NCBI RefSeq assembly: GCF_022539665.2
Contig: NC_081331.1
Coordinates: forward strand, 4,960,001 to 5,024,000
DNA length: 64,000 nucleotides
Direction: 5' to 3'
Origin: Daphnia carinata
Lineage: Eukaryota
Position 1 is the first letter of the stretch. The number at the start of each line of letters is the position of its first letter. Of the stretch, positions 52,680 through 64,000 are shown piece by piece. The notes beneath the pieces were generated by a model. The model was not told the origin of the DNA. It did not search any database and saw nothing but the letters and a program-made list of their open reading frames with translations. The position numbers and the translations under genes are program-made.

Positions 52680-55118
52680 AATAATAATAATTCTGATGAT
52701 GAAAGAAAAAAAAAAGGCACAAATCGTGAATGACCTCACAACAAAAAAGAGAAAGCCGTGACACACTAAACTGAAACGCTTTTCCAATCAATGAAAAGGG
52801 TTGCAGTGTAATGGAGCGGCGAAGAGATTCCGGCATCTCTCTTCCGATTGAACAAATCGCTGCTTCTTTTCGCATTCGGCTTGTTGTACGCGACACCCGA
52901 CGATGATACAATCATCTTCACAAAGTAAATGAATCGACGACGACATTTACAGGATCGATCGACATCAGATTGTTTGATGATGTCGCGTGGCGTATAGCGG
53001 CTTTTATGCATTGCTTCGAGTTCTAAGAACATTGACGCAGTTCGGCAACTTAGCTTCGATATTGCTCGCTCCAATGCTTCTGGCCATTGCACCCGCATGT
53101 GCTATTATCAATCACGCAACGACGCTCGCCTGCGAATACTGCTATAAGAACGCACAGGAAGACCAGCACCAGCTGCACGCGGATAACGCAATTCGATTCA
53201 TTGCATCCCAGTTCAATTCGTGGCCCATTTTTTTGGGTTTTGCTGCGGCCTAGATAATGGGTGCTGGTCTTCTGTCCTTCATTGAATTGCAGGGTTTCTA
53301 TCGTACGATAGTGGCCTGGCCCTGAAATCGATAGTCAACTTATATCCCGTTTCAGCCGGAGTAATTAACTTGCATGTCACGCCATAGGGAGAAGAGATAA
53401 GTTTGAGGGGAGAACATGGAACATCATCTATCTGTCTTAGAGGAAAACCCTCTACGGAGCTCATCAAAAAATCGAAAAATACGACAAGGCAGAATGGCTA
53501 GAGATTAACAAGTACATTGTTTACCAGCGCCATACGACACGACACGGCAAAGACTGACAGTTAAGCCCCGTCACGTCTTGGCATTTTCGCACATACTTTC
53601 GAGCTCAAGATAAAAAAACGATTTCTACTATTCTCGTTACATCACAGCCACATTGAATCATAAAATTATGTAAAGAGAAAAACAGAACTATCGATAAAAA
53701 CAGGCATGGCAAAAGAACGAAAGGCGAATGAAAATGAACCACTTTGGCTCTCATGAAAGGTCAGGAGATCAACTGAGATATTTTTGCATTTTGCAACGAG
53801 TTTCGTCTAAATCATTAGTTTGTACCCCAATAATGTACCAAAAAATGTTTCGTTGCAAAAAAAACCTTGATTCTTTTCATCAAGGGAAACGCACATGAAC
53901 ACAAAAAGTCAGCAAAACCGCAAAAAAAGCAAACGTTGCTAGCCAATTCGTTCAACTTGAGCAACGTGATGCAAGCAAAATATCGATTTCTGTAGTCAGT
54001 AAGTCAACCTCCCATTCCCTCACAAACTCCATGAATCAATGATTTAAAGTTTAAGTGCTTACTTGTTGTTTTTGCTGATGCACGAATGTCTGGACGATTG
54101 GAGAAAATAATTCACTTGCTGAAAGAGTTAGAAATATGCTGAAAACAAGGTTCAAGTTTCAATCATCACAATATTGTATCACACGATAATCAGGAACATG
54201 TAAAAAACGAACAAAACAAACTCTGCATTTTTAACGACGACGTGATGTCTTAATTATTACCATTCCCCCTTTGGTGCAGCGCTGCAAATTTTCCTTAAAT
54301 ATTCCTGAAATAGCTCGCTTCAATTGTTTCATTTTGTAACTTGGCTGTTATTTATTAGTGAAAAGATAAAATTGATATGCCAACAGCCTATTCAGCATTA
54401 TACAACAAGTTTACCAGTCTTAAGCATATTACCGAGATTTACACCACCCTGCATGTTTGCCAAAAAAAAAATTATAATACGTTACTCCATTTTTTTAAGT
54501 ATCTCGTTGGTGGTAACTTAGTGTCACAGCTATTGAATTACGTTGCATACAGCCACTTTGTAGCAAAATGACTTTTCTTTATTAAGTTGTCGTTGAGAAT
54601 TCCAGCATACACACGGTATAAAAAGAAATCGAGAGATGATAAGATGAAATGATCAGAGACACGTACTAACTGAGTAACTGCATATGCTCGTCTCATATAA
54701 ATGAGACTCCTCTAGAAATCAAGACGCACCCAGACAAAAAAAAAGGAGTGAGGGGGATTGGGAAATCAATTTTACGATACCTAAAGTAAAACAAAACAAA
54801 TGCTCTCCCGGCAAAAGGGAGAAAACAATAAGCCTCCACGTCCGTGCAATTTCACACGTTGGTTTATGGCAATATCAACATACACTTTTTTAAAAAGGCA
54901 AGCTGACATCAAGAGATTATCTAACGTAACCATTACCACGATCGAAATGCCAAGGGAGATTGGAATCTAGAAGAAAGTACAGAATTTGCACCGATGACAA
55001 AACCGAATTATTTTGATAGAAGGGGGAGAAAAAAGAGATTAACAAATAAACGATCAAGACCTGACAAGTAATCGATGATGAGGCTGAATAGCAGCCTTTC
55101 AGTCATAGCTATTTTTGG

Positions 55119-58100
55119 TCAAAACTTTCCCTCTTGGCGCAACTTTTCGCCATAGTTTCTGACGTAACGGATATAGTCACACATGGCAAAAGATAGCGCT
55201 GTATCAATGATACTCTGAGGAATCCAACCCTACACGACGATTTTGATTAAACCAATTGACTATATTAATTTTCTTCTTTTTTCCCGAGTAATATACTTTG
55301 AGATTGGTGTCCAGCAACCACTGGAAGACGCATTTGTTGGGTTCGTTTGGAATTGGTGTCATAACCCAACATCCGGGACCATTTTCTCCCCGGACGTAGC
55401 TCTTTTGAGCCGGCATTTCAGGAAAGACGACGGAAGCTCCTAATGTAAAGAGTCATGTTATATTTAAAAGAGTTTGAAGATTTAGTTCACTTGGGTGAAA
55501 CTCCTCTTACCTGCACAAATATAGATTCCATCGCGTACTTCACAGTATCGCAGGTTAATAAAATCTCGAGAAGAGATGATGCCGCCTCCACCTTCTGCTG
55601 CCAACTGGTAACTAATGGAGACTTTTTCGTTCACCGTCTATTAGCGATAGAAAATAGTTTACAATTGTATTTTTAGTCAATACTTTTCATCGATAAATGT
55701 CCGATATTTTGCAATTACCTTCAACGTACGGCATTCAAGTAACGTCGGATTCCAAGATGGGACATTTTCTAGATTTCGATCGAGCTCGTCAAACAATAAC
55801 TTGGGGGGAATATCAACTGTGCCCTGTTGAAACGAAAAGGAAAATGCAGGTTTAGCATTGCTCACACAACCAAAAAAAGATAAAACACAGACACATTTCA
55901 AGTCAGAGCACGCACGCTCACTTACAGTTATTCGGAAAATTTTGTGATTTCGACGGACGTATTTGCTGTGAACAGTATCGCCCTCGGGTGTCTGCTTTTC
56001 TACTTTCCATCCGTCAGAATTGATTGTACTATAGGCTTCCTCAAATGATTCCAGCGCTTTTCGCGCCAATTCATCATCCTGCAGAACGAAAAGAATCTCG
56101 TTACGGATACCGAGGTCTTCTTAGAAATGGGAAACGTGGCATGCTTTGGCGACAAAAGCGACACGATCAATGAACATCACTTCCCGTCGAAATGCATCCG
56201 TTCACTACACTCGTCCATCTTCTTAACTAACACGATTAATACACTACTTGAATGCCAGTGACTACGACATAATGAAATCCTCATAACACGACAAATTGCA
56301 CGTAGTTTCAATTTTTTAAACAATGTTTGAAATAAAACGATAAGTTCACGAGATTCGTGAAATGAAATGTGAAGTAGGATATCATGTTACGAGGCTTGAA
56401 CTATAAAGCTGAAATACCGTCCAGCAGACGATAGGGCTATCTTCTGTTTCTCCCGAGATGAGGAAGAGATTCTTCAGTTTTTCCGAAAACGACTTCATCG
56501 TTATATCTCGCCAATCGTTCGTTTCGTTGCCAACTAAATTTCACCCAACACTAACAGGAACCGATTGGTAGAGAAGACTTGTTTCAACGTTCACACAAGA
56601 CGATGTTCAACTATAGACTATAGTGTCGTGTCACGATCAGATATCAAATGTTCGCGTGCCTCTGGGGTCTTTAAGGGTAACTAGTTGCAGCCAAAACAAG
56701 AAAATCTAGCACTTTGTCGTGCCGTAAAAGTTGGACTTCCACAAGTCGACAAGTAGTCTTCTGCAACCACGCAACGCGATTGCAACAAGGGCATAAGAAG
56801 AAAAAAAGTTAGAAGCGCCCTATAGCTCTAGACAGTTGTTGACAGCCACACAGCAAACGAATACTGCTTCTGCTATTGACCAACCAGCACCGGCTGCTAT
56901 TACCAAGGCCGTGCCATCGACAGGGAAAAGCTTTTGCCCATACAGTATGAAACAATCGGAAATACGTGCGGCTTTACGGCGATTTATACGGGTAAGCCGA
57001 CTAATTTTCTGAAAGCATTGCCCATTTTTGTCACAAAATTATGTCTAACTAAAAAGAGAATCTATCAAATAATTTCCCAATGACACATCCAAAGATCCCA
57101 TTAAAAGTTAGGGTTGGAAAAGAAATCCAACTTTCTAGCAATTTGACTAGAACTAGGATACTGTACCTCAACACTACTGCGGTTAGCCCTATTTAGTTGA
57201 TCGTCATCTGAATCTAAAAAAAAAAAAAAAGAAAGAAATATATAACTATACGTCAAAACTTTTTTTTTACGATTTTCCATAGAATTATTTATGGTCCCGA
57301 TAAGGAAAAGCCGTAACATAAACTCGTCTGGGTGCACTTTGAGACGAGACATACCTTGCGGAGAATCGATTGGTGAGTAAAAGTCATCTAGGTTATGACT
57401 GCGGATTGAAGTGGCTTGATTTTGAAGCAAAGGTTGACGTTCATCATCCGAAGAAATAGCTGTTGGAGAGTACATATGCATGCTTTTAATAAGTATAACA
57501 ATTAAAAGCGACCGAAGTGGTTAAGATCAAGTTCGCTTACCTCCGAAAAAATCACGAGCAAGGGATTCTTGTGGGAGGACTCGAAAGTCGAGAAACCATG
57601 CCTCACCCCATGACAAGATGAAGGAGCTTAACACAAGAAAGACATCCAATGTATAGTTCGTGGCTTTCAGCCACTATAGAAAATATTTTAAAAAAATAAC
57701 AGTAATAATAAATACCGTCGAATATGGCAAATGAATGCAAAGCCTCAATGCTTATCTTAGAGACTGCTATCATACCTCAAAAAAGAAGACTTTTATTATG
57801 AGAAACCCGCAACTTCCCGCCGTCGTTATCTAGTAAACAATACAGTTTAGTTGGTGGCGTTAAGTATTAAACAGTTTTTACTGGATTATAATATATTTAG
57901 CCAACTCACCGCAATCACCCACCAATGATTAATGCACAGCAAAGCATAAAATAGAAGAAGGATCACAAAACGACCTGCAGAGGCCATCTATAAAATATAA
58001 GAAATATAACCATAAGATATTTGTTGTGTATGAGTAAGATTTTACCACAATGTCAAACAAGGATTCATGTATTGTGTAGTGTACTATTTGATCGATCAGC

Positions 58101-58487
58101 TTTTCTTTAATGTTTTCTCCGCTAATCTACAGAAAAGATAAAATAAAAAAATAAAATGTACAATTATACTTCTCAATAGAACTATAGTTCCCTGATTACC
58201 ACAAGGCAGATTAACCACATAAGAGTTGTAAACAGGAAATCAAAGGTGACAAAGAGGCAAAAGAATCTTCGAACAGCTGACATTCTTCCATCTCTTGGTG
58301 AGCCTGCAGCCAACATTTCACGCAGATAGTCCTCATTGTGGTAAAGAGAATCATGTGAATAATTTGGCATAGTGTTGATTGTGTGATATCTGGTTAGAGA
58401 ATGTGATGAGTAGTCAGCACTATTACTGATGAAAATTTCTGCCACTTCACGAGCTTGATCACTTCTATTTCGAGACTCTTTGTTCAT
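55119..58487 (-). CDS. STARD3: StAR-related lipid transfer protein 3 (MLN64/Start1): MENTAL domain + FFAT-like motif + START domain (~474 aa)
   Basis: 12 phase-consistent exons: 58200-58487, 58046-58126, 57910-57987, 57776-57829, 57541-57673, 57355-57459, 57167-57213, 55926-56078, 55719-55823, 55511-55637, 55297-55439, 55119-55229. MENTAL motifs MSAVRRFFCLFVTFD, SLFDIV, WGEAWFLDFRVLPQE; DDFYSPIDS (compare human QFYSPPE); START motifs WNPTL, ISSRDFINLR, YVRGENGPGC, LDTNLKGWIPQ. Confidence 0.95.
56418..56498 (-). CDS. Candidate alternative first coding exon of STARD3 (START-only isoform)
   Basis: ATAACG-ATG followed by 27 codons (MKSFSEKLKNLFLISGETEDSPIVCWT), ending at the phase-0 donor ACG|gtattt. 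In frame with the first START exon (acceptor at 56079-56080). Lies in the gene's only long coding-region intron (56079-57166). Confidence 0.45.
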
Positions 58488-59100
58488 TTCTCCAAATTAC
58501 ATAGATTTGAAACAGCATCTGTGGCTATTTTGTATATCGACGTTAGCCAAACGAGATGTTGTTAGTTTCACTTCACTGCTGTAAGTTTTGGTTTGAAGGG
58601 CAATCTACGACAAAACAAACGTGTAAAATTTTTAAAATATGACGAGTTGTAAAGTAATTGTTTCGATCGATCACATTCTTATTGTACTGAAACCTTATTG
58701 AAAAAACAATACAAGAACGCCTTACATACCCTCCAGGATGTGAATCATTCCACTGAATAAAAATCAGTTGAGTCTTCGCTTTAATCTTAATCTTATCGTC
58801 TGCTGGACATCTGATAATGTGGATAAACGAGATTGGGACAAAAAGAATTTTATTGTATATTTTTCTTTGTATTGTGGCTTACTATAACGCCACCAGATGG
58901 AGATTTTTTTCTTTCCTACATTTTCCGAAATCACTAAGAATATAAAATCATTCAACTTTTAAAATTTTATTGTAAATCCAATTCAAGTACTGTGTACTAT
59001 ACTAGTTAACAACTTACGAGAAACGATACAATTTACAAAATACACAGTGCTAAAAAAAAATTAGGATGCAAGTAGCACAACTTCAATGTTAAAACATTAC

Positions 59101-59111
59101 TTTTGGCGGGA
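59101..59111 (+). promoter_or_regulatory. E2F-type site TTTTGGCGGGA in the STARD3/PRIM1 bidirectional promoter
   Basis: Matches the E2F consensus TTT(G/C)(G/C)CG(C/G) about 200 nt upstream of the PRIM1 ATG. Replication genes are canonical E2F targets. Confidence 0.55.
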
Positions 59112-59301
59112 TTGATCATGGACAATTGGGAAAGACAAGCGCTGTCATAACGAAGGAAGCAATAGGAAACTCACAGCAGCTTACAGTTCAGAAACTAACG
59201 AAGTATTTATTGTTTATCATCAGTTTTTTTTGTTTATCAGTCATTTTATTATCATACTATCTACAGTTTTCAGACCAGTGTCATCATTACCACCGGCAGT
59301 C

Positions 59302-61154
59302 ATGTCGGAGCAAAGTGAAGAAGCCATGCTAACGTATTATAAGCGCTTGTTTCCGTATGGACCTTACTTCAGGTGGCTTAATTATGGAAATAGTAAGTTA
59401 CCATGCATTCTAGAAAGAAAACAAAATTTAAAGTTGTGACAACACTGATTTTTTGCCATTCTACAGTTGTCAAAATTTTATAAGATTAGTTTTACTTTAC
59501 ACCATCTTGTATTTGTATCTATTGGAACGTGTAAGGATAAATGAGTTCCTAATTATAAGTAAATTGCACTTTACCACTTGATTTCACTCAATGAAATCAT
59601 TACTTTACCTTTAGTGAAAGAACATTATTTTCACAACCGGGAATTTTCATTCACTCTTCCTGATGACATCTACATTAGATATCAGTCTTTTAAGGATGAA
59701 GCAGAGCTAGAAGAAGAATTGAAAAAAATGAAGCCACAGAAAATAGATTTGGGTGCTGTATATAATCACAGGTAAAAATAAAGCTGTAATGTTTACTTAA
59801 AATTGTAAAACTTAATCTTCATCCTTCACCAGGCCAAAAAACCATAGGAGTATTACACACTTTCTTCCTATGGAAAAGGAATTGGTTTTTGATATAGATA
59901 TGACTGACTATGATGATGTCAGAAATTGCTGTCAGGGAGCAGATATATGTGACAAATGCTGGAAATTCATGGTTGTTGCCGTTAAAGTCCTAGATGTGGC
60001 ACTCAGAGGTTCTGTAACAATGCTCTGATGCTGCTTTTACAATCAAAGTTAATTATTGTTTGGATGTTACAGAGGATTTTGGTTACCAGCATTTACTATG
60101 GGTTTTTTCCGGTCGTCGTGGAGTTCATTGTTGGGTTTGTGATGACGCAGCGAGAGCTCTTGATCAGTCGGCGCGTTCTGCCGTCGCAGAGTATCTGCAG
60201 ATCATTAAAGGCGGTGAACAGCAAAATAAGAAAGTATCTTTTAACCAAGAACATCTTCATCCAGCAATAAGGTGAAAAGATTAAAATTCGGATCCATTTT
60301 AATGAGTCCAGCAAGTCAAAAACTTAAATTATTTTTAAGTCGAGCTGCCGGAATCGTCGGACAACATTTCGAATCAATGATGGTGGAAGATCAAGATATT
60401 CTTGGAAATGAAGAAGCAGTTAAGAAGTTTTTACTTATGATACCTGATGAACAATTGAGAAGTAAACTCGAAAAAACTATGCTTGACTATCACAATAGTA
60501 TAAGCCGGTGGAGAGTATTTCAAGAGTTGACGGCTAACACTGGCAAAACTAAAGTAAGAAAAAAACTTAAATCTATTTCCGGCTGATTATGGTTATTAAC
60601 GTGGACTGCCATATCTGTTTGATTCCATAGCGCCAAACTTTACATTTAAAAGAAGAAATAATGCTGCAGCTTACGTACCCTCGATTAGACATTAATGTTT
60701 CTAAACAACTTAACCATTTACTGAAATCTCCTTTCTGTGTACATCCAAAAACGGGCAAAATATGCGTTCCGATAGATCCCTCTAACGTGGAAGACTTTAG
60801 CCCCGAAACAGTCCCAACTTTATCGTAAGAAGCATTTAATTAACCTAAACAGTCACTTGGTTATTTGATGGGGCTACTTTGTTTCGTTTGCCTGTAGACA
60901 ATTAATCAACGAACTGCTAGAATTAAATTCTGAGAGCTTAGGCAAGGACGGTAAGAGTATGAAAGAATACGAGAGGACAGCACTGAATCCCTCTATCCAG
61001 CTTTTCAAAAAATTTCTCAACAATCTGGAAAGTTCCTGGAGACACAAGCGGATTATAGCAAGCGGTATAATAATATACACCACCAACGATTCAATTTTAT
61101 CAATATAATTTTCTTTACGCTTTTACGTCTTTAGATGCAAAAATGGAATTCTAA
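59302..61154 (+). CDS. PRIM1: DNA primase small (catalytic) subunit (~405 aa)
   Basis: 8 exons: 59302-59392, 59615-59771, 59833-60008, 60073-60271, 60340-60553, 60631-60824, 60898-61064, 61135-61154. Motifs [42 protein letters not shown]...[29 protein letters not shown]...[15 protein letters not shown]. Confidence 0.97.
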
Positions 61155-61339
61155 AAATTGAAGCATTCAATCGTTGGTTAATACCTTTGCAGTTAAATTC
61201 AATCCCATGTATCTTTTAACTGAATGTAAAGAATTCCCCATGAAAAACGAAGTTGATCGAGTACAGTTTCCCGATGCAATCCAAATTTTTTTATGGAACA
61301 TTTAGTTGAACCTGTACCATTCGTATACAGTCTATCATT

Positions 61340-61345
61340 AATAAA
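61340..61345 (+). terminator. Probable polyadenylation signal of PRIM1
   Basis: AATAAA in the 307-nt gap between the convergent PRIM1 and GMPPA stop codons. Confidence 0.45.
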
Positions 61346-61461
61346 GCCACTTGGTGTGTGAAACCATCTGTCCGTAAAGGATTTCAAATGATAATCACCA
61401 AATTCGTTCAACCGAAATATCGTTCAAGCACAAAATCTGTAGTACCATGAAAAAGGGTTCA

Positions 61462-63278
61462 TTATAAAATGATTTCGTTATTGTAGCTTCGCGTCAACTC
61501 TTTGTGAGGTAACACAATAGAATTACGGACAATAACTTCAGATGGAATCGTCACATTATTACCTAGATGATGAAATAGGCCTTATTGCAAAAAATTTAAG
61601 AATTTAAAGTAAAAATACCAAAAAATTACCCAGGATAGTTATAGAGGGATTTAACTTTCCCTCTTCGTTAAAAAGCGGAGCATTTTCCATTTTGGCGAAT
61701 GGTTTATCTGGATTAGGATCACACGGAGTTCCCTCCACCCGCGTCCAACATCCAATTTCACTATTTGCTCCTACAACACAAAAGCGGCGACAGAGAAAAT
61801 TAAGAAGAAAAATTGTCGATAATTATGTCTCACCGATAATACTATATAGAACTAGAGAATGGTCCAATATTCGTGAATGAGCTAGAACAATGGATTCCTT
61901 TATTCGAGTTCCGTAACCGATTGTCGCATGAGCACCAATGCTAACATTCGGACCTAACTGAAGTAACCGCAAAGCAAAGTCCTAGGTAAAAATTGATTTT
62001 TGAACAGAGGGACTAAACACTTACTACAGCAGTAGGATGAACATTAGCAGTTGCATGAATGTAAACATCGCCTATTATTGTCGGCTGAACGCTTTTGGCT
62101 AACCTTTCAGGTCTTCTTTCTCTGAAAAGCTGCGGAAGAATGAAAATAATGCCTCGTATTAATAAGAGTACTCTGTTATGAAAACAATAAAATGTGTGTG
62201 CGCCAAATTACGTTGAGATAGTGTCGATTTGCATATATTGCCGCACCGGGAGTCTTTAACTGAGACCACCACTTGATGGTTTGATAAACAAGAGCTTTCC
62301 CAGTCCCTGCCAATGGCATCAGAATTTCTTTTTCCAAGTACAACGCCTCCCTTTCAATACTGCTTCCGTTTTCCACACTTGAAAGAAGGAATGGCATAAT
62401 TATTTGGAAAAATCCCTTTTGTAGGGGTTTCGGACAACTAGAAAAAACAGAAAAATTTAAACCATACTTGTAAAAGTCCATTTGTTTCTTATTGAACACA
62501 TTGGCCATTTGATGGAAAACTTCTGGTGAGAAAATGTAGACTCCACAGTTGATCAATGTTGAGATAAATGTAGAAGGCTTTTCCACATAATGTTCCAATG
62601 TGTTGTTTTCCTTGTTTTCTACTATGCAACCATATATAAGGCTCTGCTGACGTGTAGCTTCAGTTGCCATTAGAGTCACTATTGCTTTCTGTTTCTCTCC
62701 ATGAGTTTTGTGAAATTCCAACATTTCAGTTAAAGGAAAATCAGCACAGACATCTCCATTCAACACAAAGAAAAAATCTGGATTCCCACAGCGAATTTGG
62801 TCTCGAAAATGATATAAACCCCCTGCAGTTCCCAGAGGTTCAAATTCTTGAAGATACCTACATCCAACAGATGTGAAATTATACTGCATTGGTCCTGCAT
62901 GTTATCATGTCTACCTTATATTTATCTTGTAAAGCTGAACCATATCTAGAACAAACTGGGACATTTCACTAACAGCATAATAGCCAAGAATGATGATTTC
63001 CTTTAAAAATGGGATTTGGACACATGCTTCAATATGGTGTTGTATTATGGGAAACCCAGCAACTGCAAATAGTGGTTTAGGGAGGTCCAAAGACAATGGG
63101 CGAAATCTTGTACCTAACATAAATAAACAATTTAAATAAAACCAATAAATGATCAATTAAGTTATTTATTTGTAGTTTGAAAAATGGATTAGAAATCGGG
63201 TATTACGATATTTCTTGCAAAAACTTACAATTTACCTTTCTGATTGCCTCCAATTAAAATTACAGCTTTAACCAACAT
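61462..63278 (-). CDS. GMPPA: Mannose-1-phosphate guanyltransferase alpha (regulatory subunit, ~422 aa)
   Basis: 8 exons: 63236-63278, 62915-63113, 62468-62857, 62212-62377, 62025-62129, 61834-61957, 61630-61770, 61462-61562. Motifs [71 protein letters not shown], and the GMPPA-specific [18 protein letters not shown]...[11 protein letters not shown]. Confidence 0.96.
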
Positions 63279-63577
63279 TATAGCCAGGATATATCAAAGC
63301 AAGCTCCTCTGTTGGCGCACTGATTATTCAAGTGAAAGCTAAATGCCTGTTGCGCTCGTGCTACACCGTATACGTGGACAATTTATTCCGCACTTTCATT
63401 TATTACTGCTGTGTTGCTGTCTACTCTCTACTGCCCAGCTTTCACTTTATTACTAACATGCTGTGCGACGTAACCTGCTAGCCAAATTTTGATTCTATTT
63501 TTCACGGCAGATGGCATTGTTTTGTTTACATTTTCTACCCTTAGCGGACGGAACGTACAGAAAGAAATGAGAAAAAG

Positions 63578-63587
63578 TTTCCCGCCA
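63578..63587 (+). promoter_or_regulatory. E2F-type site TTTCCCGCCA in the promoter between GMPPA and the downstream gene
   Basis: E2F consensus match in the short intergenic interval between the divergent genes. Confidence 0.4.
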
Positions 63588-63713
63588 TGGCGAGTACGCA
63601 TCTTTCATTTTAAGGTAATAATTCCCGTCATTATTTATTTGTTTATTGTTAAATGGAGGAAAAACAAACAAACAAAAATTGTATAAAATAATGTAAGCAT
63701 TTTAACGGCTTCC

Positions 63714-64000
63714 ATGGATAATCCTGTTGGGTTGTCCAGAAGGAATATAGGTGAAAGAAATCTGTGGGAAGAAACAAATCATTGTCTGTGTATACTAAAT
63801 CTTAGCATGTTGCATAGGGTTGAAGGACCTTTTAGCATGCATGCCTACAGTGATGAAATTAAGGAAATAATGAGGACTGACACAGTTGAACCCCAGAATG
63901 AAGAAAAAACTGTTGAAGAAGAAAACACAGATAATGAAGTAGCAAATGGAGCAGCTGATGGAGAAACCAAAGGAACAAAGGTTAGATCCAACAGCATTCA
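63714..64000 (+). CDS. 5' end of an unidentified gene divergent from GMPPA (acidic low-complexity N-terminus), truncated by the window edge
   Basis: Frame is open from the ATG at 63714 to the window end (...MHAYSDEIKEIMRTDTVEPQNEEKTVEEENTDNEVANG...). The true start may be the ATG at 63837 after the acceptor catag at ~63817. No CpG in 63721-64000, like the early exons of neighbouring housekeeping genes. Confidence 0.5.
   Translation, partial: MDNPVGLSRRNIGERNLWEETNHCLCILNLSMLHRVEGPFSMHAYSDEIKEIMRTDTVEPQNEEKTVEEENTDNEVANGAADGETKGTKVRSNSI

Noticed and set aside
1..64000. CRISPR arrays, prokaryotic systems, rRNA, transposase or reverse-transcriptase ORFs
   Set aside because: None seen. The sequence is eukaryotic with spliceosomal introns, and I saw no regularly spaced repeats, terminal inverted repeats or TE-like ORFs.

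Overview
Eukaryotic, intron-rich arthropod-type DNA with many 60-90 nt introns and abundant poly-A/T tracts. It looks like a branchiopod crustacean such as Daphnia, which is an inference from style and not proven. Exon chains were traced by hand and checked for phase. There are seven well-supported protein-coding genes plus the 5' end of an eighth: two tail-to-tail uncharacterised coiled-coil paralogues (9294-10703 + and 15391-23532 -); a Psi/FUBP 4xKH RNA-binding protein (30431-36516 -); a Hasp/LEV-9-like WAP + 17 CCP + Ig secreted scaffold (37985-52182 +); STARD3/MLN64 (55119-58487 -); PRIM1 (59302-61154 +); GMPPA (61462-63278 -); and a partial acidic ORF from about 63714 (+). Most short ORFs in the supplied track are noise from introns, UTRs or antisense exons. 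The most notable observations are: (1) the coiled-coil paralogue pair shares a gap-free 70-aa domain and an SNHxxxx[KR]P[KR]DVK motif; (2) a candidate internal first exon in STARD3 would give a soluble START-only isoform, like Bombyx CBP; (3) a 1-nt frameshift sits in CCP5 of the Hasp-like gene; (4) that gene has a LEV-9-like half and a Hig-like half joined by a convertase-type site, a GC-AG intron and a run of AAG acceptors; (5) CTCF-like and E2F motifs occur at promoters and early exons of housekeeping genes are CpG-depleted. No rRNA, tRNA, CRISPR or recognisable mobile element was found.
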